A DNA stretch of 64,000 bases from Erysipelotrichaceae bacterium. GTDB lineage: Bacteria > Bacillota_I > Bacilli_A > Erysipelotrichales > Erysipelotrichaceae. Position numbers and translations under genes: made by a program. Numbering within the stretch: position 1 is the first letter of the stretch; the number at the start of each line of letters is the position of its first letter. Shown piece by piece: positions 26,825 through 37,455 of this stretch. The stretch is taken from assembly GCA_034932905.1 (NCBI GenBank), contig JAYFOF010000002.1, positions 70,074 to 134,073 of the forward strand, read 5' to 3'. The notes beneath the pieces were generated by a model that was given only the letters and a program-made list of their open reading frames with translations, was not told the origin of the DNA and made no database searches.

Positions 26825-27016
26825 TTTAATGATCTCCTTTTTTAGGGTAAGCTCTTCTGCTTACAATGCCATTCTAGCGAAAAGTTGTGGCAAAAAAATG
26901 ACTTTAATGTAACGAATGCCTAACATAGAAATGTAGAATGATGGTTGTGTTATGATATAAATGACATATTTATGCCACAAGTATCTATTATGATAGACAA
27001 GATGGAGGTAAATAAC

Positions 27017-27712
27017 ATGCCTAATATGTTGATAGCTGACGATCATCAGCCAATATCCGCAATTCTTTCAGAGTATGCTAAAAAAGAGAATTTTACAACC
27101 TTCATTGCTTCTGACGGCGAACAAGCCTTGCAGCTGTTCGCCGACAACAGCATTGATATTATTTTGCTCGATGTCATGATGCCGAAAGTCGATGGCTTTG
27201 AGGTCTGCCGGATGATCAGACAGAAATCAAATGTTCCGATCATTATGATAACAGCTCGCGGTGAGGATTTTGAACGGATTATGGGATTGGACATCGGCGC
27301 TGATGATTATATTGTCAAGCCATTCGCCCCGGCTGAAGTCATGGCTCGTGTCCGTGCCGTACTCCGTCGCTTATCAAAAGAAGATACGCAAAATAATACG
27401 GAGTTTAGTTATGACAGTCTAGCAATCAGCATCGAAAATTACCGCGTGACGATCAATGCTGAGGTTGTTTCTTTGACCAAGAAAGAAACCGAATTGCTGT
27501 GGACGTTAGCTACTAATCACAACAAAGTCTTTACCCGTGATAATTTATTAAATAGTTTGTGGGGCTATGACTATTACGGTGATACTCGCACTGTCGATAC
27601 CCATATCAAACGACTGCGTGCTAAACTGGATGTCTACACACATCCCAATTGGGATATTCGTACTATTTGGGGTGTCGGTTACCAATTCGAAGGTCTTTCA
27701 CATGAAAAGTAA
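27017..27712 (+). CDS. OmpR-family response regulator
   Basis: Receiver domain (LIADD, LLDVMMPKVDG, ARG) plus a winged-helix output (LTKKETELLW, TVDTHIKRLRAKL, GVGY). Start at MPNMLIADD with RBS GGAGG. Confidence 0.95.
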   Translation: MPNMLIADDHQPISAILSEYAKKENFTTFIASDGEQALQLFADNSIDIILLDVMMPKVDGFEVCRMIRQKSNVPIIMITARGEDFERIMGLDIGADDYIVKPFAPAEVMARVRAVLRRLSKEDTQNNTEFSYDSLAISIENYRVTINAEVVSLTKKETELLWTLATNHNKVFTRDNLLNSLWGYDYYGDTRTVDTHIKRLRAKLDVYTHPNWDIRTIWGVGYQFEGLSHEK

Positions 27713-29141
27713 AATAGCCATCCGGCTAAGCGGATATTTCTTAAGTGCGCTGCTGATTTTTACAATCGTTATCAGTACCGTCTTTTTCTTATTAATCAGA
27801 AACAGCACGATGGACATCTATCAGACGGAGTTGGTCGAAAGAGCAACACATATCGCTGAAGCGTTAGCGACCATGCCCGGATCATCAATGAGAAAATCAT
27901 CTAGCAGCGGTTATGGAATGTATATTGAAATGATCAATGATATCGCGATGACGGATGTTTGGATTGTTGACAGCGATCTGTCAATCATCACATACGGCAA
28001 CAGCCAGCATATGGTCAGTACAGCCAGCGAGCTGCCGGCTAATGCAGAAGCGATTGTCAGTCAGGTATTTCTCGGACAGACGGAAATCAGTGAAGATTTC
28101 AGCAGTCTCTTTGAAGCTTCAACACTGACGATTGGCGTACCGATTCTAGATAGCAGCGGAACTGTTGTCGGCGCAGTGCTTTTACACTCTCCGGTTGATG
28201 GAATTGACAATGCTTTAAAAAGCAGTGTTATCATTCTGCTGATCAGTGCCAGTTGTGCTCTGATGCTCGTCATGATTCTGGCCATTGCTCTTTCATATGG
28301 TTTTACTCACCCATTACGCCGGATCAATCAAGTGACAGTCGAGCTTACAGCCGGCAATTATCAAATACGCTCGCAGATTAATCAGAAGGATGAAATCGGC
28401 ATGCTTGCCAAGAATGTGGACATCCTGGCTGATCGACTGAAAACAGCAGAGGATGAAAGCATGAGAATGGAACAAATGCGACAGGATTTTGTTACCAGTA
28501 TCTCTCACGAACTAAAAACACCGATTACAATCATCCGCGGATCATTAGAAGCATTAAATGATGGTATCATAATATCTGATGACCAGATTAAGCTTTATTA
28601 TCAACAAATGCTGAATGAAAGCGAACAGCTCCAAAGATTGGTTAATGACCTGCTGGATCTTTCAAAACTGCAAAACAATGACTTCCGGCTGGAAATGACC
28701 AATATCAGTTTAATTGATGTTATTAATGATATTAAGCGCAGCGCCAGCCGATTGGCACAGCCGAAGTCCATAACAATCAGTTATCAGGAATCCGCACACA
28801 ATCCGACGATTTTAGCTGATTATGGACGAATCAGACAGATGATCATGATTATTATGGATAATGCGATCAAATTCACCGGAATCAACGGCCGAATCGACAT
28901 TAGTCTTACCCAGGATCCTTTATTAAAACTATCCGTTAAAGACAACGGAATCGGTATTGACCCGCAAGAAATTCCCTACATCTTCGATCGTTTCTTCAAA
29001 AACAATCAAGCTGACAATCAGCATGGCTCCGGCTTAGGCTTGGCTATCGCCAAGCAGATTGCCATCCGGCATCAGATAACGATTCAAGTCCAAAGCAAAG
29101 CGGGAACCGGCACGGAATTTATCTTTACTTTCCCGCAGTAA
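27702..29141 (+). CDS. Sensor histidine kinase (TM-sensor-TM-HAMP-HisKA-HATPase)
   Basis: H-box SHELKTP, N-box MDNAIKFT, G-boxes DNGIGI and GSGLGLAI. The ATG overlaps the response-regulator stop. Confidence 0.93.
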   Translation: MKSKIAIRLSGYFLSALLIFTIVISTVFFLLIRNSTMDIYQTELVERATHIAEALATMPGSSMRKSSSSGYGMYIEMINDIAMTDVWIVDSDLSIITYGNSQHMVSTASELPANAEAIVSQVFLGQTEISEDFSSLFEASTLTIGVPILDSSGTVVGAVLLHSPVDGIDNALKSSVIILLISASCALMLVMILAIALSYGFTHPLRRINQVTVELTAGNYQIRSQINQKDEIGMLAKNVDILADRLKTAEDESMRMEQMRQDFVTSISHELKTPITIIRGSLEALNDGIIISDDQIKLYYQQMLNESEQLQRLVNDLLDLSKLQNNDFRLEMTNISLIDVINDIKRSASRLAQPKSITISYQESAHNPTILADYGRIRQMIMIIMDNAIKFTGINGRIDISLTQDPLLKLSVKDNGIGIDPQEIPYIFDRFFKNNQADNQHGSGLGLAIAKQIAIRHQITIQVQSKAGTGTEFIFTFPQ

Positions 29142-29172
29142 AAAAGCTTCTGATCATTGTCAGAAGCTTTTC
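29141..29172. terminator. Bidirectional intrinsic terminator
   Basis: AAAGCTTCTG atcattgt CAGAAGCTTT flanked by A-runs and T-runs. Confidence 0.8.
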
Positions 29173-29173
29173 T

Positions 29174-30169
29174 TTATCCGATAACTTCGTTGCGGCAAGT
29201 CTGCGTCGCGGCATATTCCGCAAAGTCCTCAATCGCAATCTCAATCATTGAAACCAAGGCTCTTTCCGTTGATGCTCCGACATGAGGAGTTAATATAATC
29301 CGCGGATATAAAGCTAACGCTTTTTTTATAGCAGGATCAGTCACTTCTTTAGGATCTTTACCGATATAGTCTTCTTCATGTTCGAATACATCAGCACCGT
29401 AACCGCCTAGTCTTTCTTCCTCAATCATCATATTGATATCCGCTAGGTTTACCAGTTCACCACGAGCGGTATTAACAATAATCAACTGCGGTTTAGCCTG
29501 TTCTAAAGCTTCACGGTTGATGATATGGTGCGTCTCATTTTGAATATAAGGCATATGAATCAATAAAATATCACTGGCTTCAATTACCTCCGATAAGGTC
29601 CGATACTGCAGTATTCCATCCAAAGCCGGATTCGGAAATTTATCATAGCCGATAACCCTGGCTCCTAAGGCAGCATAATAGCCGGCTGATACAACCCCGA
29701 TACTTCCGGTTCCCAGGATGCCTACTGTACAGTCTCTGATCTCTTTAAACAACTTTACAGGACGGATAAACCGCTGGTTTTGAATCTCCAAGGAGAACCC
29801 GGCAAGATTTCGATTCAGTGCCATAACAAGCGCCAAAGCCAATTCGGCAATCGCATTGGGCGAATAAGCGCGGACATTCGCAACATGAATTCCATATTCG
29901 GACGCCGCTTGAAGATCAACATGATTATATCCGGTTGATCTGGTTATATAATATTTAATCCCATGTTCAGCAAAAGCTTTCAGCATCGCGCGATCAATTT
30001 TCGGATAATACCCGATAACGGCATCAAAATCATCCATTTCTTTGACGGATAACTGATCAAGCGTCCCAACTCGGCAGACCAGATCAAGTTTCCGCTTTGT
30101 AACAATCCCGCGGACGATTTCGGCTTCATGCTCATTACTGACAAACATCATACCTTTCATTTGCATCAC
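29174..30169 (-). CDS. D-isomer-specific 2-hydroxyacid dehydrogenase (D-lactate dehydrogenase-like)
   Basis: NAD-binding motif GILGTGSIG, catalytic-region NTARG and TPHVG. Confidence 0.88.
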   Translation of the reverse strand: MMQMKGMMFVSNEHEAEIVRGIVTKRKLDLVCRVGTLDQLSVKEMDDFDAVIGYYPKIDRAMLKAFAEHGIKYYITRSTGYNHVDLQAASEYGIHVANVRAYSPNAIAELALALVMALNRNLAGFSLEIQNQRFIRPVKLFKEIRDCTVGILGTGSIGVVSAGYYAALGARVIGYDKFPNPALDGILQYRTLSEVIEASDILLIHMPYIQNETHHIINREALEQAKPQLIIVNTARGELVNLADINMMIEEERLGGYGADVFEHEEDYIGKDPKEVTDPAIKKALALYPRIILTPHVGASTERALVSMIEIAIEDFAEYAATQTCRNEVIG

Positions 30170-30213
30170 CTCTTGTGTAGTTATTATAACCGCTTAAGAG
30201 GAAAAATGCTTGT

Positions 30214-30573
30214 CTAACACCCGCCGATTAACTTGTCTTCCCATTCAATCGGATCAAACCCAACGAGAACATGCTTTTCCGTGATCAGCAGCGGTCTTTT
30301 AACTAACATGCCGTCTGAAGCCAGCATTATCAGCTGTTCTTCCTGCGATAGGGCGGATAAGCGATCTTTAAGCTTTAAATCACGATACAGCTGTCCGCTG
30401 GTATTAAAGAAACGTTTAAGCGGTAAGCGGCTTTTTTTCTGCCATTCCTTCAATTCCGCCGCAGTTGGATGTTCTGTTTTAATATCACGGAATTCATAAG
30501 CAATTTGATAATCATCAAGCCATTTGCGCGCCTTCTGACAGGTTGAGCACTGCGGATAACAGATAAATAACAT
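30214..30573 (-). CDS. ArsC/Spx/MgsR-family protein
   Basis: MLFICYPQCSTCQKARKWL ... NTSGQLYR ... LVKRPLL is the typical family pattern. Confidence 0.82.
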   Translation of the reverse strand: MLFICYPQCSTCQKARKWLDDYQIAYEFRDIKTEHPTAAELKEWQKKSRLPLKRFFNTSGQLYRDLKLKDRLSALSQEEQLIMLASDGMLVKRPLLITEKHVLVGFDPIEWEDKLIGGC

Positions 30574-30585
30574 TGTTAATTCCTC

Positions 30586-30993
30586 CTACTTAAAGAGTAA
30601 TTTAATCAGCTGGTAGCTGATCCACGCAGTACTGCCGCTGACAAAAGAACCCCAAGCCAAGTCAATGACTGTAATCAGAAGCGGCCAGTCTTTGACAGTC
30701 GCCAGATTGGTCAGATCGTAAGTCGCATAGGTAACCAAACCAAATAACAAACCGAACAATAAAGCAGAATTCGGATTATTGCTGACTAAAGCCGGTTGAA
30801 TGACAAAGACCATCAAGCCAACGACAAACAATAAATAGAAGAGGAAAGCCGCACCGAAATTAACTTTCGATGTCATCAGATAACCAAGATAACGGCTGTA
30901 TAGATTCTTAGATATAAAAAGCAGCCAAACCATATCAATAAGCAGAAAAACCCCTAAGCTCAGAAAATAGTTGCGAATACTGGTGAAATCCAT
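30586..30993 (-). CDS. DUF2177-family membrane protein
   Basis: 135 aa with 4 TM helices. The N-terminus LLIDMVWL...LYSRYLG matches my memory of DUF2177. Confidence 0.65.
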   Translation of the reverse strand: MDFTSIRNYFLSLGVFLLIDMVWLLFISKNLYSRYLGYLMTSKVNFGAAFLFYLLFVVGLMVFVIQPALVSNNPNSALLFGLLFGLVTYATYDLTNLATVKDWPLLITVIDLAWGSFVSGSTAWISYQLIKLLFK

Positions 30994-31009
30994 ATAGTTC
31001 TCCTTTCAC

Positions 31010-31780
31010 TTATTTCTTTGGAAACCACGGAATAAAAACACTAGTCTTCTGCGCATATTCCGCAAATCCCGGTCGTTTCTGCATTGATTTCTCAAGCAGC
31101 GGCACACCGGAAACAAATAATAATAACAAGGTAATCGTAAGCGGGCTAATCACCGCATACCATGGTACCTGAACAGCTAAGGCAATGAAAAAAATGCCCC
31201 ACCACATTACCGCTTCGCCAAAGTAATTCGGATGACGCGTGTAGCGCCATAATCCAGTCGTCAGCAATTGACCTTTATGTTTGGGATCACGCGCGAAATT
31301 TCTTAACTGCCGATCACCGACTACTTCAAACAAATAACCGATTATCCAAATAGACAAACCGCAGAGCAATAACAGCAGCTTTGCCGGCTGTACGGCGTCA
31401 GTAACCAGAATGACCGGATAGATAATGATCAGCATTAGGAATCCTTGTAACATGTACACTTGAAAAAAAGCTCGGGGAATCACATATTTACCCCAATTAC
31501 GGCGGAATTCCTGGTAACGGAAATCTTCCGGTTTACCAGCATTGCGTTTCAGAATATGATAGAATAACCGCCCGCCCCATAAGCTTATCAGCACGGTCAG
31601 TACCCACTGTACTGCCGAAATCCGCTCTGCCGTGATTAGCAGGATCCATGCAACAATCACAAAACCGATGCCCCAGCCGATATCAACGATTGAATTATTC
31701 TTAATCATCGTTCCGATGATAAAGAAAAGCGTGAAATAAATAAAAATAACAAGCGCTGCAATCATTAAGGTCATGATCAA
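31010..31780 (-). CDS. DUF1295-family membrane protein (steroid 5-alpha-reductase / ICMT-like fold)
   Basis: [28 protein letters not shown]. The start is TTG 31780 (overlapping the upstream stop) or ATG 31774. Confidence 0.78.
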   Translation of the reverse strand: MIMTLMIAALVIFIYFTLFFIIGTMIKNNSIVDIGWGIGFVIVAWILLITAERISAVQWVLTVLISLWGGRLFYHILKRNAGKPEDFRYQEFRRNWGKYVIPRAFFQVYMLQGFLMLIIIYPVILVTDAVQPAKLLLLLCGLSIWIIGYLFEVVGDRQLRNFARDPKHKGQLLTTGLWRYTRHPNYFGEAVMWWGIFFIALAVQVPWYAVISPLTITLLLLFVSGVPLLEKSMQKRPGFAEYAQKTSVFIPWFPKK

Positions 31781-33588
31781 TCTTCCTTTCCTTCAATAAA
31801 TGAAACCGCAACACAGCCTGGACCGGAATGCATAGCGATGATTGCTGAAATATCATAAACATATTCCGGTTTTCTGCCGATCATTTCGGTCAATGCCAGC
31901 TGATACTCCGCAGCTAATTCCGGATTGCCGCAATGAACGATGCTGTAAGCGGAAATACCGTTGCGGCGCAGTTTCGAATCGATTAGCCGATAAATCTGCC
32001 GGGTGATTCCTTTTTGCGTCAAGCCGACGCCAAACGCTGTTCCTTTTCCTTCTTTATCCAAACTCATGATTGGTCTTAAGCGCATTTTCATGCCTAACTT
32101 TCCAATCGTATTCGGTACGCGGCCGCTATGAACGGCATACTCTAAAGTATTAAGGCAGACATAAATACTGATCCGTGAACGCAGATCAAGTATTTTTTCT
32201 GTGATTTCATCATACCGATATCCTTGCTGGATGTATTCGGCCGCCTTTTTGACCAATAAACCTTGAGCGCCGGAGTTTAGCCGACTGTCAATCAGGATAA
32301 TCTGCTTGCCCTGCTGAATCAATCGATCCGCTTCTTGTTTGATTGATAGATAAGTGCCGCTCAGTTTAGCTGAAACAGCAATAATGATCAATGAATCATA
32401 ATGATCCAATAAATTCTCCAGCAGATTACGAATTCTCAACGGTTCCGGCTGTGAACTAGAGGCTTGTTTGCCATGATGGATAGCACTAAAGACTTTTTCC
32501 GGTTTGATTGTCAGTTTATCCAAATAGACAGAATCCCCTAATTGAATTCCCAATGGTATTGTTACAATCTGATGTTCCAGTTTATACTGATCAGGCAGAT
32601 CAGCAATCGAGTCCGTCACCAATCCGATTGTGCTTAAGCGCTCGCGGCGAATTGCTAACTGTAAGAACATATCATCCGCTTTCTGTTCCAGAAATGTTCC
32701 GTATTCACTGGTCAGGTCTGTCAGCTGACTCGGATCATTGATATGCACATGAATACGCATACGATCTTCATTGACAGCTACCATCAGTGAATCGCCAATA
32801 TCTTTAAGTTTGTGTTTGACCGCTGCTTTCAACTCCGTTGCCGGAATTTTCTGATAGTTCTGAGCCAACTGCAGATAAACCTCCGTGCAGTAACGAAACT
32901 GATAGGAATCTTCACTGCCGGTCAATATCGGTTTCTCTTTAGTATTCAGATGTTCCGTGACAGCCTCGCCGGTATAAAACCGATTGATGCCATGCAGGAA
33001 ATTCACGAACCCCTGCGCTCCGGCATCGACAAGGTTGCCTTTCTTTAAAACATCAAGTTTTTTCGTCGTATTCTGCAACGAAATATTCGCAGCTTGGTAA
33101 GCATCCATAAAAAGCTGCTGAAAATTATCATAGCGGCTATAATTCTGATGAATAAACTCCGCCCAGTCGCGGATAACGCTGATCATCGTTCCTTCAACCG
33201 GATTTTCAACAGCTTGATAAAGATAGTCGACGGCTTGATAGGCAATATCGGCGAATTGATCAATTGTTATATTTGACTGGGAAGAGCTTGCCAGAGCCAT
33301 TCCGTTAATATACGAAGCAAAAAGAATTCCGGAGTTGCCTCGAGCATGAGAAAGACCGGAGATTGAGATGTTTCGGATCATCTGGTCAAAGTCGGATGAT
33401 CGCTGCGTACTCTCAATCATCGAGCGGATGGTTGTTGTTAAGTTCGATCCGGTATCGCCATCCGCTACCGGAAAGACGTTGATTGCATTAAGATGCTGAC
33501 GATTAGCTTGCAGTTCCTGAAAGCCCAGAAAAAACCATGCATAGACTGCCTCGCCATTGATCATAGCTTTTTGCACAATTGTTGTCAT
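31777..33588 (-). CDS. Dak2 (DhaL-like) domain - DegV domain fusion protein (FakA-like N-terminal and middle region, canonical DegV C-terminus)
   Basis: N-terminal [10 protein letters not shown] and ARGNSG (DhaL/Dak2). Middle YCTEVYL...GDSLMVAV...RIHVHI (FakA-like). C-terminal [12 protein letters not shown]...SSSQPEP...SAKLSGTY...[11 protein letters not shown] (DegV). Confidence 0.82.
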   Translation of the reverse strand: MTTIVQKAMINGEAVYAWFFLGFQELQANRQHLNAINVFPVADGDTGSNLTTTIRSMIESTQRSSDFDQMIRNISISGLSHARGNSGILFASYINGMALASSSQSNITIDQFADIAYQAVDYLYQAVENPVEGTMISVIRDWAEFIHQNYSRYDNFQQLFMDAYQAANISLQNTTKKLDVLKKGNLVDAGAQGFVNFLHGINRFYTGEAVTEHLNTKEKPILTGSEDSYQFRYCTEVYLQLAQNYQKIPATELKAAVKHKLKDIGDSLMVAVNEDRMRIHVHINDPSQLTDLTSEYGTFLEQKADDMFLQLAIRRERLSTIGLVTDSIADLPDQYKLEHQIVTIPLGIQLGDSVYLDKLTIKPEKVFSAIHHGKQASSSQPEPLRIRNLLENLLDHYDSLIIIAVSAKLSGTYLSIKQEADRLIQQGKQIILIDSRLNSGAQGLLVKKAAEYIQQGYRYDEITEKILDLRSRISIYVCLNTLEYAVHSGRVPNTIGKLGMKMRLRPIMSLDKEGKGTAFGVGLTQKGITRQIYRLIDSKLRRNGISAYSIVHCGNPELAAEYQLALTEMIGRKPEYVYDISAIIAMHSGPGCVAVSFIEGKED

Positions 33589-33671
33589 TCTTGATTATGT
33601 TCTTTCTTATCTAAATAAAATGTATCATAACCAACTCCTAACTGCAAACAATTTGATTTAATAAAAAAGTG

Positions 33672-34820
33672 TCACATAGACACCTTTGTCGGCAGATCCT
33701 TGATTTTATCATAGACTTGCCGGAAAATGAGTAAAAACTGTTTGATTTCCGCAGCAGTTGTACAAGCTGACAAACTGATGCGCAAACTGCTGACCGCTCT
33801 TTCGTGATCATGAGTTAAAGCCAGCACTGCCTTCGAAACATCACCCAAAGCGCAAGCACTCTGGGAAGATATATAAACTTCCTGTTTTTCAAGTTCATAA
33901 ATAAAATCATCTGGAATTACGCCTAAAACGCTGATATTCAAGATGTGCGGAATCGAGAAAGCATTACTGTTGATTCTGACATCCGGCAAAAACTGCAGCT
34001 CGGTCCGCAGATAAGTGTTTAATTCCTGCACATAGCGATAGTTTTCAGCCAGATTCCGATCAGCTATTTCCAAAGCCTCTTTCATAGCGATGATTAAGGG
34101 GGTAGCCGGAGTACCGCTGCGATAAACGGTCGTGCTCTTGCCACCGGCAATCAGCGGACGAAAGGTCAGCCGCTCTTTTTTATAAAGCAGACCGATCCCC
34201 TTCGGTCCGTAAAATTTATGGGCTGACAATGCGGCAGTATCGATCAGGGACAGATCCACCGGGATTTTACCTACGGCCTGCGTGATGTCAACATGTAAAA
34301 GACAATTTGGATAGTTCAGAAGTAGCTGCCGGATTGCCTTGATATCTTGCTTAATACCTGTTTCGCTGTTGATCAGACTGACGATCACCATGATCGTTTC
34401 ACTCGATAGCCGGCTTTCTAGTTCAGCTAAGTCTACTAAACCATTTTCATCTAAACCAACAAAATCAACCTGATAGCCATGATCAGTCAGATTACTCAGG
34501 GGTCCATATATAGAAGAGTGTTCCAACTCGGTCGTTATAATCTGCCGGCCATAACGGTTTTGCCGTTCTGCCAGGCTGATCAAAGCCGTATTATTAGCTT
34601 CGCTGGCTCCGCTGGTATAGATGATTTCTTCCGGTTTGATCTTCAATATTCCGGCAATCTCGTTGGTTGCCTGATCGATTAATGCTTTAGCTTGGCGGCC
34701 CAGCTGATGATGGGAATTCGGATTCGCAAAATATCGGATGGAAACCGCTTCATAAACATCCAGAACTTTTCTATTCAGCGGCGTAGTCGCCGAGTAATCC
34801 AGATAGATCATATTTATCAC
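33672..34820 (-). CDS. Cysteine desulfurase (class V aminotransferase, NifS/IscS-like)
   Basis: YLDYSATTP, SGASEANN, and SAHKFYGPKGIG with the PLP lysine. The active-site region reads SSQSAC. Confidence 0.88.
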   Translation of the reverse strand: MINMIYLDYSATTPLNRKVLDVYEAVSIRYFANPNSHHQLGRQAKALIDQATNEIAGILKIKPEEIIYTSGASEANNTALISLAERQNRYGRQIITTELEHSSIYGPLSNLTDHGYQVDFVGLDENGLVDLAELESRLSSETIMVIVSLINSETGIKQDIKAIRQLLLNYPNCLLHVDITQAVGKIPVDLSLIDTAALSAHKFYGPKGIGLLYKKERLTFRPLIAGGKSTTVYRSGTPATPLIIAMKEALEIADRNLAENYRYVQELNTYLRTELQFLPDVRINSNAFSIPHILNISVLGVIPDDFIYELEKQEVYISSQSACALGDVSKAVLALTHDHERAVSSLRISLSACTTAAEIKQFLLIFRQVYDKIKDLPTKVSM

Positions 34821-34969
34821 CGCTTTTAATATAGCACAAATTCCTTTTTCTGTTAGCTTTTACTGTGAATTCAGTCCTTCATCAAACTAACTTCACCTAT
34901 TATTCAGACGCAGGATTTAAATATTACCTATATTGCAGTGATTGTCGCAATGTTAATGAAAGAGGTTTT

Positions 34970-36724
34970 ATGAAAAAGATATTATCAGCAATCGGAAAGT
35001 TTTTTAAGCAATTCGGTCATTCCTTTATTAAACATAAGATTATATCCGTTTTTATGGTCATTGTTCTGGGTGTCGGATCATTTTTCGGATATCGCTATCT
35101 TAAATTAAGAAACACCGCTAATCAAACAGCCGCTACTTATGTACGGACGGTCACCCTTACTAAAACAACCCTGAATGATACGGTCAGTCTGACCGGCACG
35201 GTTGTCAGCGCCAATGTATCAACAGTCACCAGTTCATTAAATGCCAAAATTAAAACGATCAATGTGTCCGTTGGCGATTATGTGAGTGCCGGAGATGTTA
35301 TCATCACTTTGGATTCAACAGATATTGAGAAACAGATCGCTGAAGTTGAAGAAAATATCACCGATGCCAAAGAAGCTGCCCAAGATGCTTACGATGATGC
35401 CTTGGAAGCTAAAAATGATGCCTGGACAGCCTGTTTTGGCACCGGCGGAACTTCTGAGAAACTACAGACAGCTAAAACCAATCTCGCAACTGCGACGACA
35501 GCACTGAATCAGGCTAAGAGTGATTTAGCATCTTATATTAGCGCAGAAGATACTGCCAGTTCAGCTCTGACTGCCGCCGGTCAGAATTTATCCTCATCGA
35601 CGGAAGAAGTTTTATCCGTTTCCGTCGGCAGTAATATTACTTTCTATGCTACAGCTACCGGCACTACAATCGCTACAGCGGACAAAAACAACTATACGCT
35701 GCTCAGCACAGATGCCGGAATCGGTACTTATCAGTTAGCTTATGTCAATGCTTACCTCGCTGAAGCGAAAGCTAACGCGAACTTAAGTGCGGCTAAGACC
35801 TCTTATGGCTATGCAACGATAGAAAACAACTACAATTCAGCATCAACAGCTTACACACAGGCCTCAAACAATTATACCGCAGCCTATCAGACTTATAAAA
35901 GCGCTGAGACAAAACTCGCGACTGCTTTAGAAGAGCTGGAAGAAGGTTCAACTAATCAGTTAGAATCATTATACTCTGAACTTAGTGATCTGCAGGAAAG
36001 TCTTGACGAATGCTCGCTTACAGCTCAAAGCAGCGGTAAAGTTACGGCATTAAACGCTACCATCGGAAATACCCCGAACGGAACATTAGCGACAATTCAG
36101 GATACCGATGATCTGGCTATTTCCATCGCTATCGAAGAAGCGGATGTTCAGAGTGTAGCAGTCGGCATGGATTGTATTATCACTAGTGACGGTACAACCG
36201 GTGACATCGCCGGCGAACTCACACAGGTCTCCCCGGTTGCCAGTACGACCGGCATGGGAAGCACGGCCAGTACTTTTTCAGCCGAGGTCCAGGTTCTAAA
36301 TGGCAATAACGGCCTCTTAATCGGCATGAACGCTACCGTTGATATTATCATTTCGACAGTAGCGGATGTCTACAGCGTTCCGTATGATGCAGTGGAGACT
36401 GATGACGATGGCAATTCATATGTTTATGAACAGGTTTCCGGATCCGGGACCGATGCCGTCTTTGAAAAAGTGCAGGTAACGATTGGTACACAGACGAATT
36501 ATTATATTGAAATTTCCGGCGAGAATGTCTATGAAGGCATGGTCATCAGAGCTAGTGCCGTAGAATCGGAAGCAGTAACGGAAGTCCAAGCCAGCAGTTT
36601 CAGTCTTTCTGATCTGTTTGGCGGCGGAAGCAGTACAGAAACACAGCCAAGCAGCGGAACGATGCCGTCTGGCGGCGGAACTGCACCGTCCGGAAGTGGC
36701 GGAACCGAAGGCAGACCGGAATAA
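34970..36724 (+). CDS. HlyD/MacA-like periplasmic adaptor (membrane fusion protein) with a long Ala/Thr-rich coiled-coil insert
   Basis: TM anchor, a lipoyl-like segment (GTVVSANVSTVTS...KIKTINVSVGDYVSAGDVII), a long alpha-helical hairpin, and a beta-barrel region. Start at MKKILSAIGKF (RBS AGAGG). Confidence 0.82.
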   Translation: MKKILSAIGKFFKQFGHSFIKHKIISVFMVIVLGVGSFFGYRYLKLRNTANQTAATYVRTVTLTKTTLNDTVSLTGTVVSANVSTVTSSLNAKIKTINVSVGDYVSAGDVIITLDSTDIEKQIAEVEENITDAKEAAQDAYDDALEAKNDAWTACFGTGGTSEKLQTAKTNLATATTALNQAKSDLASYISAEDTASSALTAAGQNLSSSTEEVLSVSVGSNITFYATATGTTIATADKNNYTLLSTDAGIGTYQLAYVNAYLAEAKANANLSAAKTSYGYATIENNYNSASTAYTQASNNYTAAYQTYKSAETKLATALEELEEGSTNQLESLYSELSDLQESLDECSLTAQSSGKVTALNATIGNTPNGTLATIQDTDDLAISIAIEEADVQSVAVGMDCIITSDGTTGDIAGELTQVSPVASTTGMGSTASTFSAEVQVLNGNNGLLIGMNATVDIIISTVADVYSVPYDAVETDDDGNSYVYEQVSGSGTDAVFEKVQVTIGTQTNYYIEISGENVYEGMVIRASAVESEAVTEVQASSFSLSDLFGGGSSTETQPSSGTMPSGGGTAPSGSGGTEGRPE

Positions 36725-37455
36725 TGTCAAATATATTAAATCAAGAACCGCTTATCAGAATGAATGGCATCATCAAACGTTACTTTGAAGGCAAGGAAAA
36801 CGAATTGGAGATTCTTCATGGAATTGATATCGATATCTATCCCGGTCAGTTCGTGGCGATTGTCGGGGAAAGTGGTTCCGGAAAATCAACGCTGATGAAT
36901 CTGATCGGTGCCTTAGATCGTCCGTCCGCCGGCGAATACTATTTGAATTCTGTCAACGTTGGAAAAGCCAGTGATAAGGAGTTATCCGTTATCCGTAATC
37001 GGCGCATCGGTTTTGTCTTTCAGAATTTCGACTTGATCGGGAAAATCAATGCGATTAAAAATGTTGAACTGCCGATGCTGTATGCGGGTACTAGCCGTAA
37101 AGAAAGCTTCGAACGTGCTAAAGTCTTACTAGATAAAGTCGGAATGAATGATCGGATTAAGCATCTTCCTAACGAGTTGTCCGGCGGTCAGAAACAAAGA
37201 ATAGCGATTGCCCGAGCCATGGCGAATAATCCGGACATCTTGTTAGCTGATGAACCAACCGGAGCTCTGGATTCACAAACCAGCCGAACAGTTATGGATA
37301 TTTTCCATCGGCTGAATCATGAAGAAGGAATGACAATCGTTTTAATCACACACAATAATTCCTTAGCGGAAGAGTGTGACCGGATCCTGGAAATTTACGA
37401 CGGAAAGATCATCAAAGAGCGAAAGGGGAAATTGATTAATGAACATTTGGGATAA
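36724..37455 (+). CDS. ABC transporter ATP-binding protein (MacB/LolD type)
   Basis: Walker A GESGSGKST, signature LSGGQKQR, Walker B LLADEPTGALD. Confidence 0.93.
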   Translation: MSNILNQEPLIRMNGIIKRYFEGKENELEILHGIDIDIYPGQFVAIVGESGSGKSTLMNLIGALDRPSAGEYYLNSVNVGKASDKELSVIRNRRIGFVFQNFDLIGKINAIKNVELPMLYAGTSRKESFERAKVLLDKVGMNDRIKHLPNELSGGQKQRIAIARAMANNPDILLADEPTGALDSQTSRTVMDIFHRLNHEEGMTIVLITHNNSLAEECDRILEIYDGKIIKERKGKLINEHLG

